A stretch of DNA of 23,719 bases, from the NCBI GenBank assembly GCA_040220235.1, contig JAVJTO010000058.1; one strand, given 5' to 3'. Of this stretch, positions 8,052 through 17,116 are shown piece after piece (position 1 is the stretch's first letter; each line of letters begins with the position of its first letter). Made by a program: the position numbers and the translations under genes. Below the pieces are notes generated by a model, which saw only the letters and a program-made list of their open reading frames with translations, was not told where the DNA came from and searched no databases. This DNA comes from Coleofasciculus sp. B1-GNL1-01 (lineage in GTDB: Bacteria; Cyanobacteriota; Cyanobacteriia; Cyanobacteriales; Coleofasciculaceae).

Positions 8052-8121
8052 GTTTTCTCATAATACCTTAGTGGAGACAAAGCAGAAGACAGAAGACTTA
8101 AAGAAAAAAGTACCCAAGGGC

Positions 8122-8784
8122 TTAAGACGGTTGAACCTGTTGCCGTACCCAAGCGCGAAACGCTTGTTCTGCTTCTACTTCATCCTGTTGAGCTTGTTCG
8201 AGAAAGTCGTAGAGGTTTTCTTTGGTAATAAAAGGAAAAGTTAGACTAGATTCTACTTCCTGATATTGTCCAGCTTGCCATTGATAAATTCGCCAAATCC
8301 GCCCGTTATAGCGCCAAAATTCCGGGACTCCCAAACTGGCGTAGAGTTGTAATTTGTCAATATCGGTATGGGTGATATCAATTTCAACCACTAAATCCGG
8401 CGGTGGATCATGTTGGAGATCTACCTTGCGCCCAGCGACGCAATGTTGATTTTGAATATAATAAGCATTGTCCGGTTCTGGACTGCGATCGAGGTCTTCT
8501 CGTTCTAAGGTAGTCGATCCCATCGTTTTGATTTTTAATCCCATTTCGACCACTAAAATGCGAATAAATAATTCAATTAGTCGAGCCGCAAATTCGTGGT
8601 CTTCTAAGGGCATAGTAATCTCCAGAATACCAAGATTGTAAGTGAGGCTGGCAGCGCGATTTTCGCCTAAAGCGTGGAGGATTTGCTGGTAAGCTTGCCA
8701 GTTGAGATGGTGAAAGGTTACTCGCTTTTCACCAATAGGTTGGGAACTGGTTGGCAGGGGAACTGAACTAACCATGGTTGTCAT
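8122..8784 (-). CDS. Uma2 (DUF820) family putative endonuclease
   Basis: EPD..YY, PPPDLVVEIDIT and K..LYASLGVPEFWRY motifs. Confidence 0.92.
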   Translation of the reverse strand: MTTMVSSVPLPTSSQPIGEKRVTFHHLNWQAYQQILHALGENRAASLTYNLGILEITMPLEDHEFAARLIELFIRILVVEMGLKIKTMGSTTLEREDLDRSPEPDNAYYIQNQHCVAGRKVDLQHDPPPDLVVEIDITHTDIDKLQLYASLGVPEFWRYNGRIWRIYQWQAGQYQEVESSLTFPFITKENLYDFLEQAQQDEVEAEQAFRAWVRQQVQPS

Positions 8785-8800
8785 TGGGTATCGCTTGTTT

Positions 8801-8909
8801 CTATGGTAATCGAGCGATCGCGTCGGCTTGTAGTAAGGGCTTTAGCCCTAGATTCTGTTGGGTAACAGGCAACAGGGGAATGTCCTAACGTATCCTCGTA
8901 GTGCCATAG
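8801..8909 (-). mobile_element. Degenerate MITE family C copy
   Basis: Reverse complement of 8878-8909 reads CTATGGCACTACGAGGATACGTTAGGACATTC, similar to CTATAGCACTACGCACTCTAGTTAGGACATATC at 12123. CTATGG/CCATAG termini. Confidence 0.45.
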
Positions 8910-8910
8910 C

Positions 8911-8941
8911 AAAAAAAGGACAGCGTATGCTAACGCTGCCC
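8911..8941 (-). terminator. Intrinsic terminator downstream of ftsH
   Basis: Minus strand GGGCAGCGT-TAGCAT-ACGCTGTCC followed by T7, ~35 nt after the ftsH stop. Confidence 0.8.
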
Positions 8942-8974
8942 TCAAGATGATGATGATTATTACCGAACTAAGAA

Positions 8975-10813
8975 CTAGACGATCGCGGCCATCTTCACGT
9001 CGTTTTCGGCTAACAGTTCTTGCAGTTCCTCTGCATCAACGGTTTCTTTCTCAATCAGCATGGCAGATAATTTGTCCAAGATGTATTTGTTACCCACCAA
9101 GACATCTTTCGCCCGCTGATAGGCTTCATCCACCAACTGACGCACCTCTTCATCAATCGTCGCCGCCGTGCTGTTGGAGAAATCCCGATCTGAGGCAATG
9201 TCCCGTCCTAAGAACATATTGCCATTTTGCCTTCCTAGTGCCACAGGACCCAAGCGATCGCTCATTCCGAAGCGCATGATCATTTGTCGGGCGACACGGG
9301 CGACTTGTTGTAAGTCGTTAGACGCCCCCGTCGTCACTTCTTCTTCACCGAAGATAATTTCCTCAGCAATTCGACCCCCTAAAGCCACCGCCATTTGATT
9401 TTGCAGGTAGGAACGGGAATATAACCCGGAATCCATCCGGTCTTCACTGGGCGTAAACCAGGTTAATCCACCCGCCCGACCGCGTGGGATAATACTAATT
9501 TTCTGCACTGGGTCATAATCGGGCATTAATGCACCCACTAAGGCGTGACCCGCTTCATGATACGCCACTAACCGCTTGCGCTTCTCGCTCATCACCCGGT
9601 CTTTCTTCTCCGGTCCAGCCAATACCCGGTCGATGGCGTCATTCACCTCATCCATGGAGATTTCGGTGAGGTTGCGCCGTGCGGCTAAAATTGCGGCTTC
9701 GTTGAGCAAGTTTGATAAATCAGCACCGGTGAACCCAGGAGTCCGACGGGCAATTTTCTCTAAGTCTACATCCTTGGATAAAGTCTTGCCGCGAGCGTGA
9801 ACGTTGAGAATTTCCAAGCGTCCGGCGTAGTCGGGGCGATCCACAACCACCTGACGGTCAAACCGACCAGGGCGCAATAATGCTGCATCCAGAACATCAG
9901 GACGGTTGGTGGCGGCAATAATAATGATACCCGTATTGCCTTCAAACCCATCCATCTCAGTCAGTAACTGGTTCAGGGTTTGTTCCCGCTCATCGTTACC
10001 GCCGCCTAAGCCAGCACCCCGTTGACGACCAACGGCGTCAATTTCATCGATAAATACGATACAGGGCGCACTATTCTTGGCTTGCTCAAACAAGTCGCGG
10101 ACACGAGACGCACCCACACCGACGAACATTTCCACGAACTCAGACCCGGAAATGGAGAAGAAGGGTACACCAGCTTCCCCAGCAACAGCACGCGCTAACA
10201 GGGTTTTACCTGTTCCCGGAGGTCCAACTAGCAGCACCCCTTTGGGAATTTTCGCACCAATGGCGGTGAAGCGATCGGCGTTTTTGAGGAAGTCAACCAC
10301 TTCGTTGAGTTCCAGCTTGGCTTGCTCAATCCCGGCGACATCGCCAAACGTGACCTGGGTTTGCGGTTCCATTTGGACTCGGGCTTTGGACTTACCGAAG
10401 TTCATCGCCTGAGAACCTGGACCATTTTGCGCCCGTCGCAGTAAGAAGAATAAACCCACCAGCAGCAGGATGGGGAAGAAGAGTCCGCTCAGAGTTCTGA
10501 ACCAGAATCCATCATCACTCTGAGGTCGAACTTTAATATCTACGTTATTGGTGGTCAGAATACTGATTAATTCTGGATCGTTAGGCAGGTTGACCTGGTA
10601 CTGGGTACCGTCTTGAGCGGTTACCATTGCCTGAGTGCGGTCAGAACTGAGCTGAACGATCTCAACCTTATTGCTCTTAACGTTATCAATGAACTGGTCG
10701 TATCTCCAACTTTCCCGCGTTTGGGACGGTTGGTCTAAAAATGCTGTTGCCAAGGCGATGACTACTATCGCTAGTAGTGCATAAAGCCCCGCATTTCTCC
10801 ATTTCTTATTCAC
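8975..10813 (-). CDS. ftsH: ATP-dependent zinc metalloprotease FtsH (FtsH3-like paralog)
   Basis: Two N-terminal TM helices, Walker [21 protein letters not shown], second region of homology, HEAGH zinc motif. GTG start with AGGAGG ribosome-binding site. The [11 protein letters not shown]-terminus resembles cyanobacterial FtsH3. Confidence 0.97.
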   Translation of the reverse strand: MNKKWRNAGLYALLAIVVIALATAFLDQPSQTRESWRYDQFIDNVKSNKVEIVQLSSDRTQAMVTAQDGTQYQVNLPNDPELISILTTNNVDIKVRPQSDDGFWFRTLSGLFFPILLLVGLFFLLRRAQNGPGSQAMNFGKSKARVQMEPQTQVTFGDVAGIEQAKLELNEVVDFLKNADRFTAIGAKIPKGVLLVGPPGTGKTLLARAVAGEAGVPFFSISGSEFVEMFVGVGASRVRDLFEQAKNSAPCIVFIDEIDAVGRQRGAGLGGGNDEREQTLNQLLTEMDGFEGNTGIIIIAATNRPDVLDAALLRPGRFDRQVVVDRPDYAGRLEILNVHARGKTLSKDVDLEKIARRTPGFTGADLSNLLNEAAILAARRNLTEISMDEVNDAIDRVLAGPEKKDRVMSEKRKRLVAYHEAGHALVGALMPDYDPVQKISIIPRGRAGGLTWFTPSEDRMDSGLYSRSYLQNQMAVALGGRIAEEIIFGEEEVTTGASNDLQQVARVARQMIMRFGMSDRLGPVALGRQNGNMFLGRDIASDRDFSNSTAATIDEEVRQLVDEAYQRAKDVLVGNKYILDKLSAMLIEKETVDAEELQELLAENDVKMAAIV

Positions 10814-10976
10814 TACTGATTTCCTCCTAAGACTTAGGATGTGATCTGATGGCGTCGAATCGGCTGATTATATTAACTAATGTTAACGTCTATCAGACTA
10901 TTTGGCGAAGTTGGTTCTTGGTAAACCGGGAAAATTCGCTAATTTTCTCTTGATGTGGTATAATGGGAGACTGTAA

Positions 10977-11792
10977 TTATTTTTGATAATCCCCAAATAA
11001 ACGCTGCAACGGTGCTAAACCCCCAGCACAGGAACGATACTCAAACCGTTGATCTGCCGTAAGAACGGTGTGAATCGGGATGATTTCCATCACACTATTG
11101 GTATAAGCGATCGCGTCAAACGCCTGCACTAATTTTGGAGTCCAGGGGACTTGGCAAATTTTTAATCCTTGTTGTTCAAGGCGACTAATGAGATGCGATC
11201 GCGCTACTCCCGGTAATATTCCCCCATCAATCGGCGGTGTCCACCAGCAGCCGTCTTTAGCGCCCCAAAGATTCCCTGTACTCGTTTCCAACCAATTCCC
11301 CTGATCATCAACTAATATAGCCTCCTGAGCGCCGAGTTGTTGAGCCGTTTGCAGCGCCAGCCATCCGCCCAGATAATTCCCCGTTTTATAGGTGGGTAAA
11401 GAACGGCGCAAGTGTGACACTTCAGCTAACCAAGCGATAACCCCCTGCTGTTGGCGTTCGCTTAAATCAGCAGGGAGAGGACGCCCCGTAATCCATTCTC
11501 GCCCATCCGGGAAAACCACAATTCTCAACACCGGAAACGAGGGGAGTAATTGTTTGGCACCGTAGCGGATGCGTTCCCAGTCTGGGAATTGCCAGTCAAA
11601 CACCTGTAAACTTTGACGTAAACGCGCACAATGGGCGTCCCAATGGGTTAAAGGGTGGGAGAGGGAAGAGTGATAAACGCGCAGAGTGGTAAAGGTTGTC
11701 GCGCCGTAAATCAAGCCCGGATCATTAATGGCGAGTTCGATGCGATCGCCTAGAATAAGTTTACCGTTATACCAATAACTGAATTTCGTCAT
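10977..11792 (-). CDS. PLP-dependent aminotransferase class IV (4-amino-4-deoxychorismate lyase/BCAT-like)
   Basis: YG...FTTLR, H..RL, K(T)GNY, E.STGNL, GILPGVAR and TNS motifs. Confidence 0.88.
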   Translation of the reverse strand: MTKFSYWYNGKLILGDRIELAINDPGLIYGATTFTTLRVYHSSLSHPLTHWDAHCARLRQSLQVFDWQFPDWERIRYGAKQLLPSFPVLRIVVFPDGREWITGRPLPADLSERQQQGVIAWLAEVSHLRRSLPTYKTGNYLGGWLALQTAQQLGAQEAILVDDQGNWLETSTGNLWGAKDGCWWTPPIDGGILPGVARSHLISRLEQQGLKICQVPWTPKLVQAFDAIAYTNSVMEIIPIHTVLTADQRFEYRSCAGGLAPLQRLFGDYQK

Positions 11793-11847
11793 TTGTCATT
11801 CGTCATTTGTCATACTCGCTTCGCGAGAAGCAAGCTACGTCATTTGT
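11788..11847. repeat. STRR (CATTTGT)n interrupted by a ~27-nt short insertion
   Basis: GTCATTTGTCATTCGTCATTTGTCAT, then ACTCGCTTCGCGAGAAGCAAGCTAC, then GTCATTTGT resumes. Confidence 0.75.
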
Positions 11848-11912
11848 AAGGTAGTGCCGTGGCACACCTTATTTGGTGGATTAGAATTGTAGGGGCGCAA
11901 GGCTTGCGCCTG

Positions 11913-11944
11913 GTTTAACCCTTCGACTTCGCTCAGGGTTAAAC
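11913..11944. repeat. Short dispersed repeat hairpin (SDR-like)
   Basis: Perfect 10-bp stem GTTTAACCCT/AGGGTTAAAC around loop TCGACTTCGCTC; the same loop recurs at 23640-23651. Confidence 0.75.
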
Positions 11945-11982
11945 GTCAAATCTATTCCATAATTTTAGCTGTGTAAGTCCAC

Positions 11983-12047
11983 TAGGGCGGGTTTTGTTGT
12001 TCATTTATTGGTGAATAGCCGAATTTAGTCCCTAAACCCGCCCCTAC
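11983..12047 (-). repeat. ~65-bp GTAG REP-like element, family B copy 2
   Basis: TAGGGCGGGTTTTG...CTAAACCCGCCCCTAC. Confidence 0.8.
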
Positions 12048-12123
12048 AGTATTTCCGCCACGTTGCAGTAGTCTACCTGCGCGGACTGGGTTATAACGGC
12101 GGTAGTTAACCCGAATTTGATTC

Positions 12124-12251
12124 TATAGCACTACGCACTCTAGTTAGGACATATCCAGAAAAATTCAAATCGTTCAATCTCTTAATGAGTAAGTGTTTTT
12201 CTTCACTATTGCCCATTGCCTATTGCCTATTGCCTAGCGCGTAGCGCTATA
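12124..12251. mobile_element. MITE family C with TATAG ends and an internal (TATTGCC)n STRR
   Basis: TATAGCACTACGC versus reverse complement of GCGTAGCGCTATA, 12/13 match. Heptamer repeats at ~12207-12235. Confidence 0.7.
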
Positions 12252-12265
12252 TACAAATAAACCGC

Positions 12266-13852
12266 CTATTGTAATTTCGCGATCGCGCCTTTTTCAACTA
12301 ACAGTTTTCCCGTCTGTAAATCCTTGACTGTCGCCACTAACACCCGCCGTTCATCTACCTCAAACTGGACGGAAATTCGGTCAACTCCCACTTGTCCCGG
12401 TGGATCTAAATGTGCCACACAAACCTGTTCGCGATCACTATCCAAGGAACGATACGCCGCTTGCTTGGATAACTGACTACTGGTCATCCGTCCTAAACTA
12501 TCATAGGTCACTTCAGCTTGTGCCATTTCTGCGACTTCGCCAATATCCAAACGTATTTCCCGTTGTCCTTCAAGGGCGACTTGTAAGGTTAACGGTTCCC
12601 CACGTTCACAGGGATATTGCATCCCTTTTTCAAATAATGTGAAATAGGAATAACTTTTAGCATAAGGTTCCCATAAGCGAATGGCATAACTGTGGCGCAA
12701 ATAATCATCCACACTTGCCACTTGATTTAACGCTAATGCCCCATGCGCCACGGCTTCAAAGGGCTTATCCAACTTAACCTTTGTCTTGCCAAAATAAGAT
12801 CGAATCAACTGCTGGACAGCCGGAATTAAACAACTCCCTCCCACTAACAACACCTGTTCAATATCACTCTTACTAATTCCTTTGCCTAAGGCGATCGTCA
12901 AAACTTCATCCAACGCTTCCCGCAATTGTTCCAAAAACTGGCGATCTTCCAGAATTTCTTCTAATTTATCCCGATCCAGTTGCAAGTTGTATGAGGTAAA
13001 TGTCTCTTCATCTAACCAACTTTCCTTTGCCTCCTGAGTATTAGATAAGCGAATCTTTAACCGTTCAGCTAACTCCAATAAATTCTGCCACCCCACCTCA
13101 CCAATCTCTTCCCTTGACCATCCTTGCTGATGCAAATAGTCTTCAACAATCCAACTATCCACATCTTCCCCCCCGATGTATGCATCGGATTTCGCCAACA
13201 CTTCCGCCCGTAATACTGTTTCGCGTTGGCGCTTGGCTGCATCCAATTGAGGTGCAGTGCGAACTAAACTTAAATCCAGCGTTCCACCACCAAAATCTAC
13301 CACTAATACCAAGGAACTGGGACGCTGTACTGCATAGCCTAACGCCGCTGCTGTGGATTCATCCACCAGTTTAATTTGCTCCACATCCAGGCGACGTGCC
13401 ACCTCGCGAAACCAATCTAAATAGCGCTCGAATGCGCCCACAGGTACAGTTAAAATAAGCTGAGAGGGGTTAATTTTTTGGGCTTTGAGTTGCTGCCAGA
13501 TGGATTGAATAAATTGTTCGGAAACCGATTCAGCGGTGTAGGATTCACCATTAATGATACGCGGAGGCGGTTGAAAATCAGCCGCTAGATCTCGTTTAAA
13601 GCCTTTGAAAAAGCGAGTCGGTTGAGATTGTCCTAAGCGCTGGGAACGAACTTGTTCTCCTAGGAGTATTTGGTTATTGTCTTTGATAAAAACTAGGGTG
13701 GGAATGACAGGGATATCTGGCTCACTTGAGTTCGTTTTAAACAAGCGAGAGAGTGAACCGAGTCGGATAGTTTTGGGACTGTTGGTATCGGCTTCAAGTA
13801 TACTGACAACTGTGTTGCTTGTACCGAAGTCAATGGCAACTGTATTTGTCAT
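12266..13852 (-). CDS. Hsp70-family protein (non-canonical DnaK-like)
   Basis: VAIDFGTSNT, DESTAAALGY, LVVDFGGGTLDLS, IGGEDVD and LLVGGS actin-like ATPase motifs. Short divergent C-terminus (528 aa total). Confidence 0.9.
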   Translation of the reverse strand: MTNTVAIDFGTSNTVVSILEADTNSPKTIRLGSLSRLFKTNSSEPDIPVIPTLVFIKDNNQILLGEQVRSQRLGQSQPTRFFKGFKRDLAADFQPPPRIINGESYTAESVSEQFIQSIWQQLKAQKINPSQLILTVPVGAFERYLDWFREVARRLDVEQIKLVDESTAAALGYAVQRPSSLVLVVDFGGGTLDLSLVRTAPQLDAAKRQRETVLRAEVLAKSDAYIGGEDVDSWIVEDYLHQQGWSREEIGEVGWQNLLELAERLKIRLSNTQEAKESWLDEETFTSYNLQLDRDKLEEILEDRQFLEQLREALDEVLTIALGKGISKSDIEQVLLVGGSCLIPAVQQLIRSYFGKTKVKLDKPFEAVAHGALALNQVASVDDYLRHSYAIRLWEPYAKSYSYFTLFEKGMQYPCERGEPLTLQVALEGQREIRLDIGEVAEMAQAEVTYDSLGRMTSSQLSKQAAYRSLDSDREQVCVAHLDPPGQVGVDRISVQFEVDERRVLVATVKDLQTGKLLVEKGAIAKLQ

Positions 13853-13877
13853 TTGTCATTTGTCATTTGTCATTTGT
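13843..13877. repeat. STRR (CATTTGT)n overlapping the Hsp70 start
   Basis: About five tandem ATTTGTC units. Confidence 0.9.
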
Positions 13878-13906
13878 TAAATAGTTATCGCAATCAAAAG
13901 GTAGTC

Positions 13907-13970
13907 AGGGCGGGTTTTGCACAAAAGTTATCATTAACAGCTAAACAAAAGTCCCTAAACCCGCCCCTAC
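13907..13970 (-). repeat. ~65-bp GTAG REP-like element, family B copy 3
   Basis: AGGGCGGGTTTTG...GTCCCTAAACCCGCCCCTAC. Confidence 0.8.
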
Positions 13971-13977
13971 ACACTCA

Positions 13978-14520
13978 TTAATGTGACACTCCCCTCGGTA
14001 AGTTACGACTTACTTTAGCAGGACAAAGTATTCGATCATGATCTCGATAACCAACAAATCGAATATAAACGAGTTCTCCTTCTGTGATATCGTCAACATC
14101 AGGTTGGTGCAGTTGGGAATTAAAGGGAACCTGTTCCCAAGGTTGACCAATGGGTTCATATCCCCAACTGTCGATTAGATTTTCTAATGGAGTCAAGAGG
14201 GCGACTAAATTTTTAGCAGGTAAATCCGGGCGTTCTTCAGTCATCCGGCAAGCGGTGGGATAATTAGTCAGTAGGGGGCGTAGTTGTTCAAAGGTGGTAT
14301 CTTGGATATCTGTCGATAATTGCTGCGATCGCGCTTCGAGTTCATCCCGTAGCCGCTGACATTGTGCTTCTAATGCCTGGATTTGAGTGGAGTCAGCAAC
14401 GGAGAGTGAAGCAGAATGGCTTTCAGGTCTTTTTTTTGGACCAAAGCGACTAATGAGTAAAGTGGTTAAGACAAACCACAGCAGTAAACCTAGCCCCAAG
14501 AGGTTAGGGTCATTAACCAT
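13978..14520 (-). CDS. GrpE-like protein with N-terminal membrane anchor
   Basis: N-terminal TM helix, coiled coil, C-terminal V.FN.QLHQP...GE.VYIRFVGY...ILCPAKV resembling the GrpE beta domain. Adjacent to the Hsp70-like gene. GGAGAGG ribosome-binding site. Confidence 0.75.
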   Translation of the reverse strand: MVNDPNLLGLGLLLWFVLTTLLISRFGPKKRPESHSASLSVADSTQIQALEAQCQRLRDELEARSQQLSTDIQDTTFEQLRPLLTNYPTACRMTEERPDLPAKNLVALLTPLENLIDSWGYEPIGQPWEQVPFNSQLHQPDVDDITEGELVYIRFVGYRDHDRILCPAKVSRNLPRGVSH

Positions 14521-14533
14521 CGTACCTCTCCTT

Positions 14534-14746
14534 TTAGTATTGATTGAGGGTCGTGGTTTGATCCGTGGTTAGGGTTTCGTCACCTTCATAGTATTCTGGC
14601 AGCAATTCTTGGGTTTCCACCTCTCCGAGATCTGCTTCAATTCCTTTAGTGGTTTCGGTACAACGTGATCCGGTAGCACCGATGACGGTTTCGGTGATTT
14701 TGCCATCTTTGCCAATGCGATATTCGATCTTTTGATACTCTGCCAT
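14534..14746 (-). CDS. DUF2997-family small protein
   Basis: IEYRIGKDGKITETVIG.TG..C.E.TK.IEA.LG pattern; start taken at MAEYQK (ATG 14746). Confidence 0.8.
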   Translation of the reverse strand: MAEYQKIEYRIGKDGKITETVIGATGSRCTETTKGIEADLGEVETQELLPEYYEGDETLTTDQTTTLNQY

Positions 14747-14825
14747 AATTCTTACCGAACCCAACAATTAACTACAGTTTAAAGGACTAAGACGGAGCAA
14801 CGTGTCATACTACTCGAATAAGCTC

Positions 14826-14929
14826 TAAGCTGTGATGCATTTAAATGGGGTATTAGTAGCGAGCAAGATGCTCACACTACAAGGATGAGAGCCATTCTTG
14901 ACATTAAGGTTTAAACGCCCAACAGCTTA
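14826..14929 (-). mobile_element. MITE family A, copy 2 (104 bp)
   Basis: TAAGCTGT...ACAGCTTA ends; homologous to 6446-6597 in inverted orientation. CTC on both flanks (possible 3-bp target duplication). Confidence 0.85.
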
Positions 14930-14942
14930 CTCTAACTACTTT

Positions 14943-15032
14943 CATCTTCCCCATCTTCCCCATCTTCCCCATCTTCCCCATCTTCCCCATCTTCCCCATC
15001 TTCCCCATCTTCCCCATCTTCCCCATCTTCCC
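14943..15032. repeat. Tandem 9-mer array (CATCTTCCC)x10
   Basis: Ten exact copies counted. Confidence 0.95.
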
Positions 15033-15044
15033 CACACCCCTGAC

Positions 15045-16334
15045 TTAGGTTAATGGTGGAGTATTGGCACGATACCAGGCATCGAGTGCTAGTTGATGTA
15101 CCTCGCGCCAAGATAAATTATAGTCTCGTGCGATCGCGGCACAGTCTTCATACTCTGGTTGCACGTTAGCGATCGCACTTTGAACTCCGGAAGCGCGACT
15201 GGCTACTTTTACCCGCACTTTGCCATACTTGGTCTCGACTCGCTGAATTTCCCGTTGCAGAATTGTGCGTTGCTGAGTGAAGTGGCGAATGCCCAGGGTT
15301 GTAGTCTCTCGAAATAAAATATCTTCACAAACGGTTAATCTATCGGGGGGACAGATCACCGTGAGTAATATCCCAGGACGAGATTTTTTCATGCCAATCG
15401 CTTGGGTGAATACATCCAACGCCCCAGCATTGAATAACACCTCGAAGACATACCCAATCACTTGGGGATTTAAGTCATCAATTTGGGTTTCTATCACACA
15501 AACGGTTTCTTGGCAAGGGTAATCCGTGATAGAATCAGTCCCCTCTTGTCCTCGAAACTGAATTCCCAACTCTGAAGCTTCGCCAATCCAAAGTCGCAGG
15601 ATATTCGGAATTGCCAATTCACTGGTTCCGGCGCCATGACCAATCTTATGAATAATCATTGCTGGCGGAGGTCCAAATTGAGTAGCAAGGGTGACCGCAA
15701 TGGCTGCACCCGTGGGCGTGACTAATTCGCGATCGATGCCGTTACTATAAATGGGGACTTGCCGAGATTCCCATAATTTTAAAACGGCCGGAACCGGAAC
15801 AGGCAATCGACCGTGGGCAGCTTGTACTGTACCACCGCCTGTGGGTAAGGGAGAACAGTAGAGTCGGTCAATGCCCAACCAATCCAACCCTAAACAAGTG
15901 CCAACAATATCCACTAAGGCATCTGTCGCGCCCACTTCATGAAAATGCACGGTTTCAGGTGTCATCCCATGAATTTCCGCCTCTGCTTCTGCCAAGTTGC
16001 GGAAGATTGCCAAACTCCAATCCACGACTTGTGAGGGTAATCCAGCCGTTGTAATTAGATGTTCAATATCTGCTAGGTGTCGGCTATGCTCATGGTCTGA
16101 CGGTTCAGCGTGATCATGGTGATCCGTTTGAGTGAGCAAATTCACATGGACTTTAGTGGCTAATTGACCTTGGCGGTGGACTGATTCTGACTCTAACCGA
16201 TACTCCTGGTCAATTCCTAGCCCTTTTAACTTTTCACTTAAATACTCTAACGGCACTCCTGCTGCCACGAGTGCCCCTAAGCACATATCACCAGCAATTC
16301 CACTCTGACAGTCGAGGTAGGCGAGCTTTGGCAT
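15045..16334 (-). CDS. larC: Nickel pincer cofactor biosynthesis protein LarC (TIGR00299 family)
   Basis: [22 protein letters not shown] start, His-rich [66 protein letters not shown]. True start is ATG 16334, not 16742. Confidence 0.93.
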   Translation of the reverse strand: MPKLAYLDCQSGIAGDMCLGALVAAGVPLEYLSEKLKGLGIDQEYRLESESVHRQGQLATKVHVNLLTQTDHHDHAEPSDHEHSRHLADIEHLITTAGLPSQVVDWSLAIFRNLAEAEAEIHGMTPETVHFHEVGATDALVDIVGTCLGLDWLGIDRLYCSPLPTGGGTVQAAHGRLPVPVPAVLKLWESRQVPIYSNGIDRELVTPTGAAIAVTLATQFGPPPAMIIHKIGHGAGTSELAIPNILRLWIGEASELGIQFRGQEGTDSITDYPCQETVCVIETQIDDLNPQVIGYVFEVLFNAGALDVFTQAIGMKKSRPGILLTVICPPDRLTVCEDILFRETTTLGIRHFTQQRTILQREIQRVETKYGKVRVKVASRASGVQSAIANVQPEYEDCAAIARDYNLSWREVHQLALDAWYRANTPPLT

Positions 16335-16382
16335 TACGTTTTGAATCCTGAAGGGTCTACATCTATTGTAGGGAACGGGGAA

Positions 16383-16530
16383 TGGGGAGCAGGGGGAGAT
16401 GGGGGAGCAGGGGAAGCAGGGGGAGCAGGGGGAGATGGGGGAGCAGGGGGAGCAGGGGGAGCAGGGGGAGCAGGGGGAGCAGGGGGAGATGAGGGAGCAG
16501 GGGGAGATGGGGGAGATGGGGGAGATGGGG
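16383..16530. repeat. G-rich 9-mer array (GGGGGAGCA/GGGGGAGAT) x ~16
   Basis: Read directly; lies between the divergent larC and atp1 starts. Confidence 0.95.
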
Positions 16531-16639
16531 AAGGACAAATGACCAATAACGATTAAAAATGCTTTAAGTATTGTTACTTTGGCGTGGTATGATCGCCTAT
16601 GGCTAGATGCGATCCAGCCAAATTTAGATGGACTAGCGT

Positions 16640-17095
16640 TTGCTGCTGCCTGTGAACTTGTCAGACGACTCTGTACAACCCAAGCCCACACCCGAGGAAA
16701 GTCCACCAGGGAGTTCTCAGACTTCCCCTGAAAATTCCTCAATGCAAGAGTACTACCAACTTAAACAAACGTTGTTGTCAGTCACTCTAGCAATGACAGG
16801 GGTGGTTTTTGTCTCTGTCTGGATTTTTTACTCACTCAACATCGCCTTGAATTATTTGATCGGGGCGTGCGTTGGTGTGGTTTACTTGAGAATGTTGGCG
16901 AAAGACGTTGAGCGGTTAGGTGTCCAAAAGAGGCGTCCGAGTTCAACTCGGTTGGCTTTATTGATTGGACTATTAGTCGTTGCCAGTCAATGGCAGAGTT
17001 TACGCATTCTGCCCATATTTTTAGGATTTCTGACGTATAAAGCTGCGCTCATTGCTTATATGCTGCAAAGCACCTTGTTGCCTACGTCGAAGTAA
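16640..17095 (+). CDS. atp1: ATP synthase protein I (Atp1/UncI-like)
   Basis: [29 protein letters not shown] and [10 protein letters not shown]; first gene of the cyanobacterial atp operon. Exact start uncertain (TTG 16640 or 16658). Confidence 0.9.
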   Translation: MLLPVNLSDDSVQPKPTPEESPPGSSQTSPENSSMQEYYQLKQTLLSVTLAMTGVVFVSVWIFYSLNIALNYLIGACVGVVYLRMLAKDVERLGVQKRRPSSTRLALLIGLLVVASQWQSLRILPIFLGFLTYKAALIAYMLQSTLLPTSK

Positions 17096-17116
17096 GTTCC
17101 CGTTATCAGGACAGCC

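Noticed and set aside
8011..8244. 77-aa ORF starting VKEREQGTGNREQ
   Set aside because: It is an STRR translation that overlaps the Uma2 gene on the opposite strand.
8947..10412. Plus-strand and alternative-frame ORFs over ftsH
   Set aside because: They are shadow ORFs of a highly conserved gene.
12266..13852. Calling the Hsp70-like gene dnaK
   Set aside because: It is too short and divergent in the substrate-binding region for canonical DnaK, so the symbol was withheld.
14943..15032. Possible CRISPR array (also considered for the 17306-17400 repeat pair and the family B elements)
   Set aside because: There is no repeat-spacer periodicity and no cas genes; these are tandem repeats or element ends.
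16334..16556. Pro-rich (70 aa) and Gly-rich (71 aa) ORFs
   Set aside because: These are open frames generated by the stop-free 9-mer repeat.
16335..16742. 136-aa N-terminal extension of the 565-aa larC ORF with SPC/SPI repeats
   Set aside because: It is the translation of the 9-mer array and overlaps atp1; LarC homology begins at MPKLAYLDC (16334).
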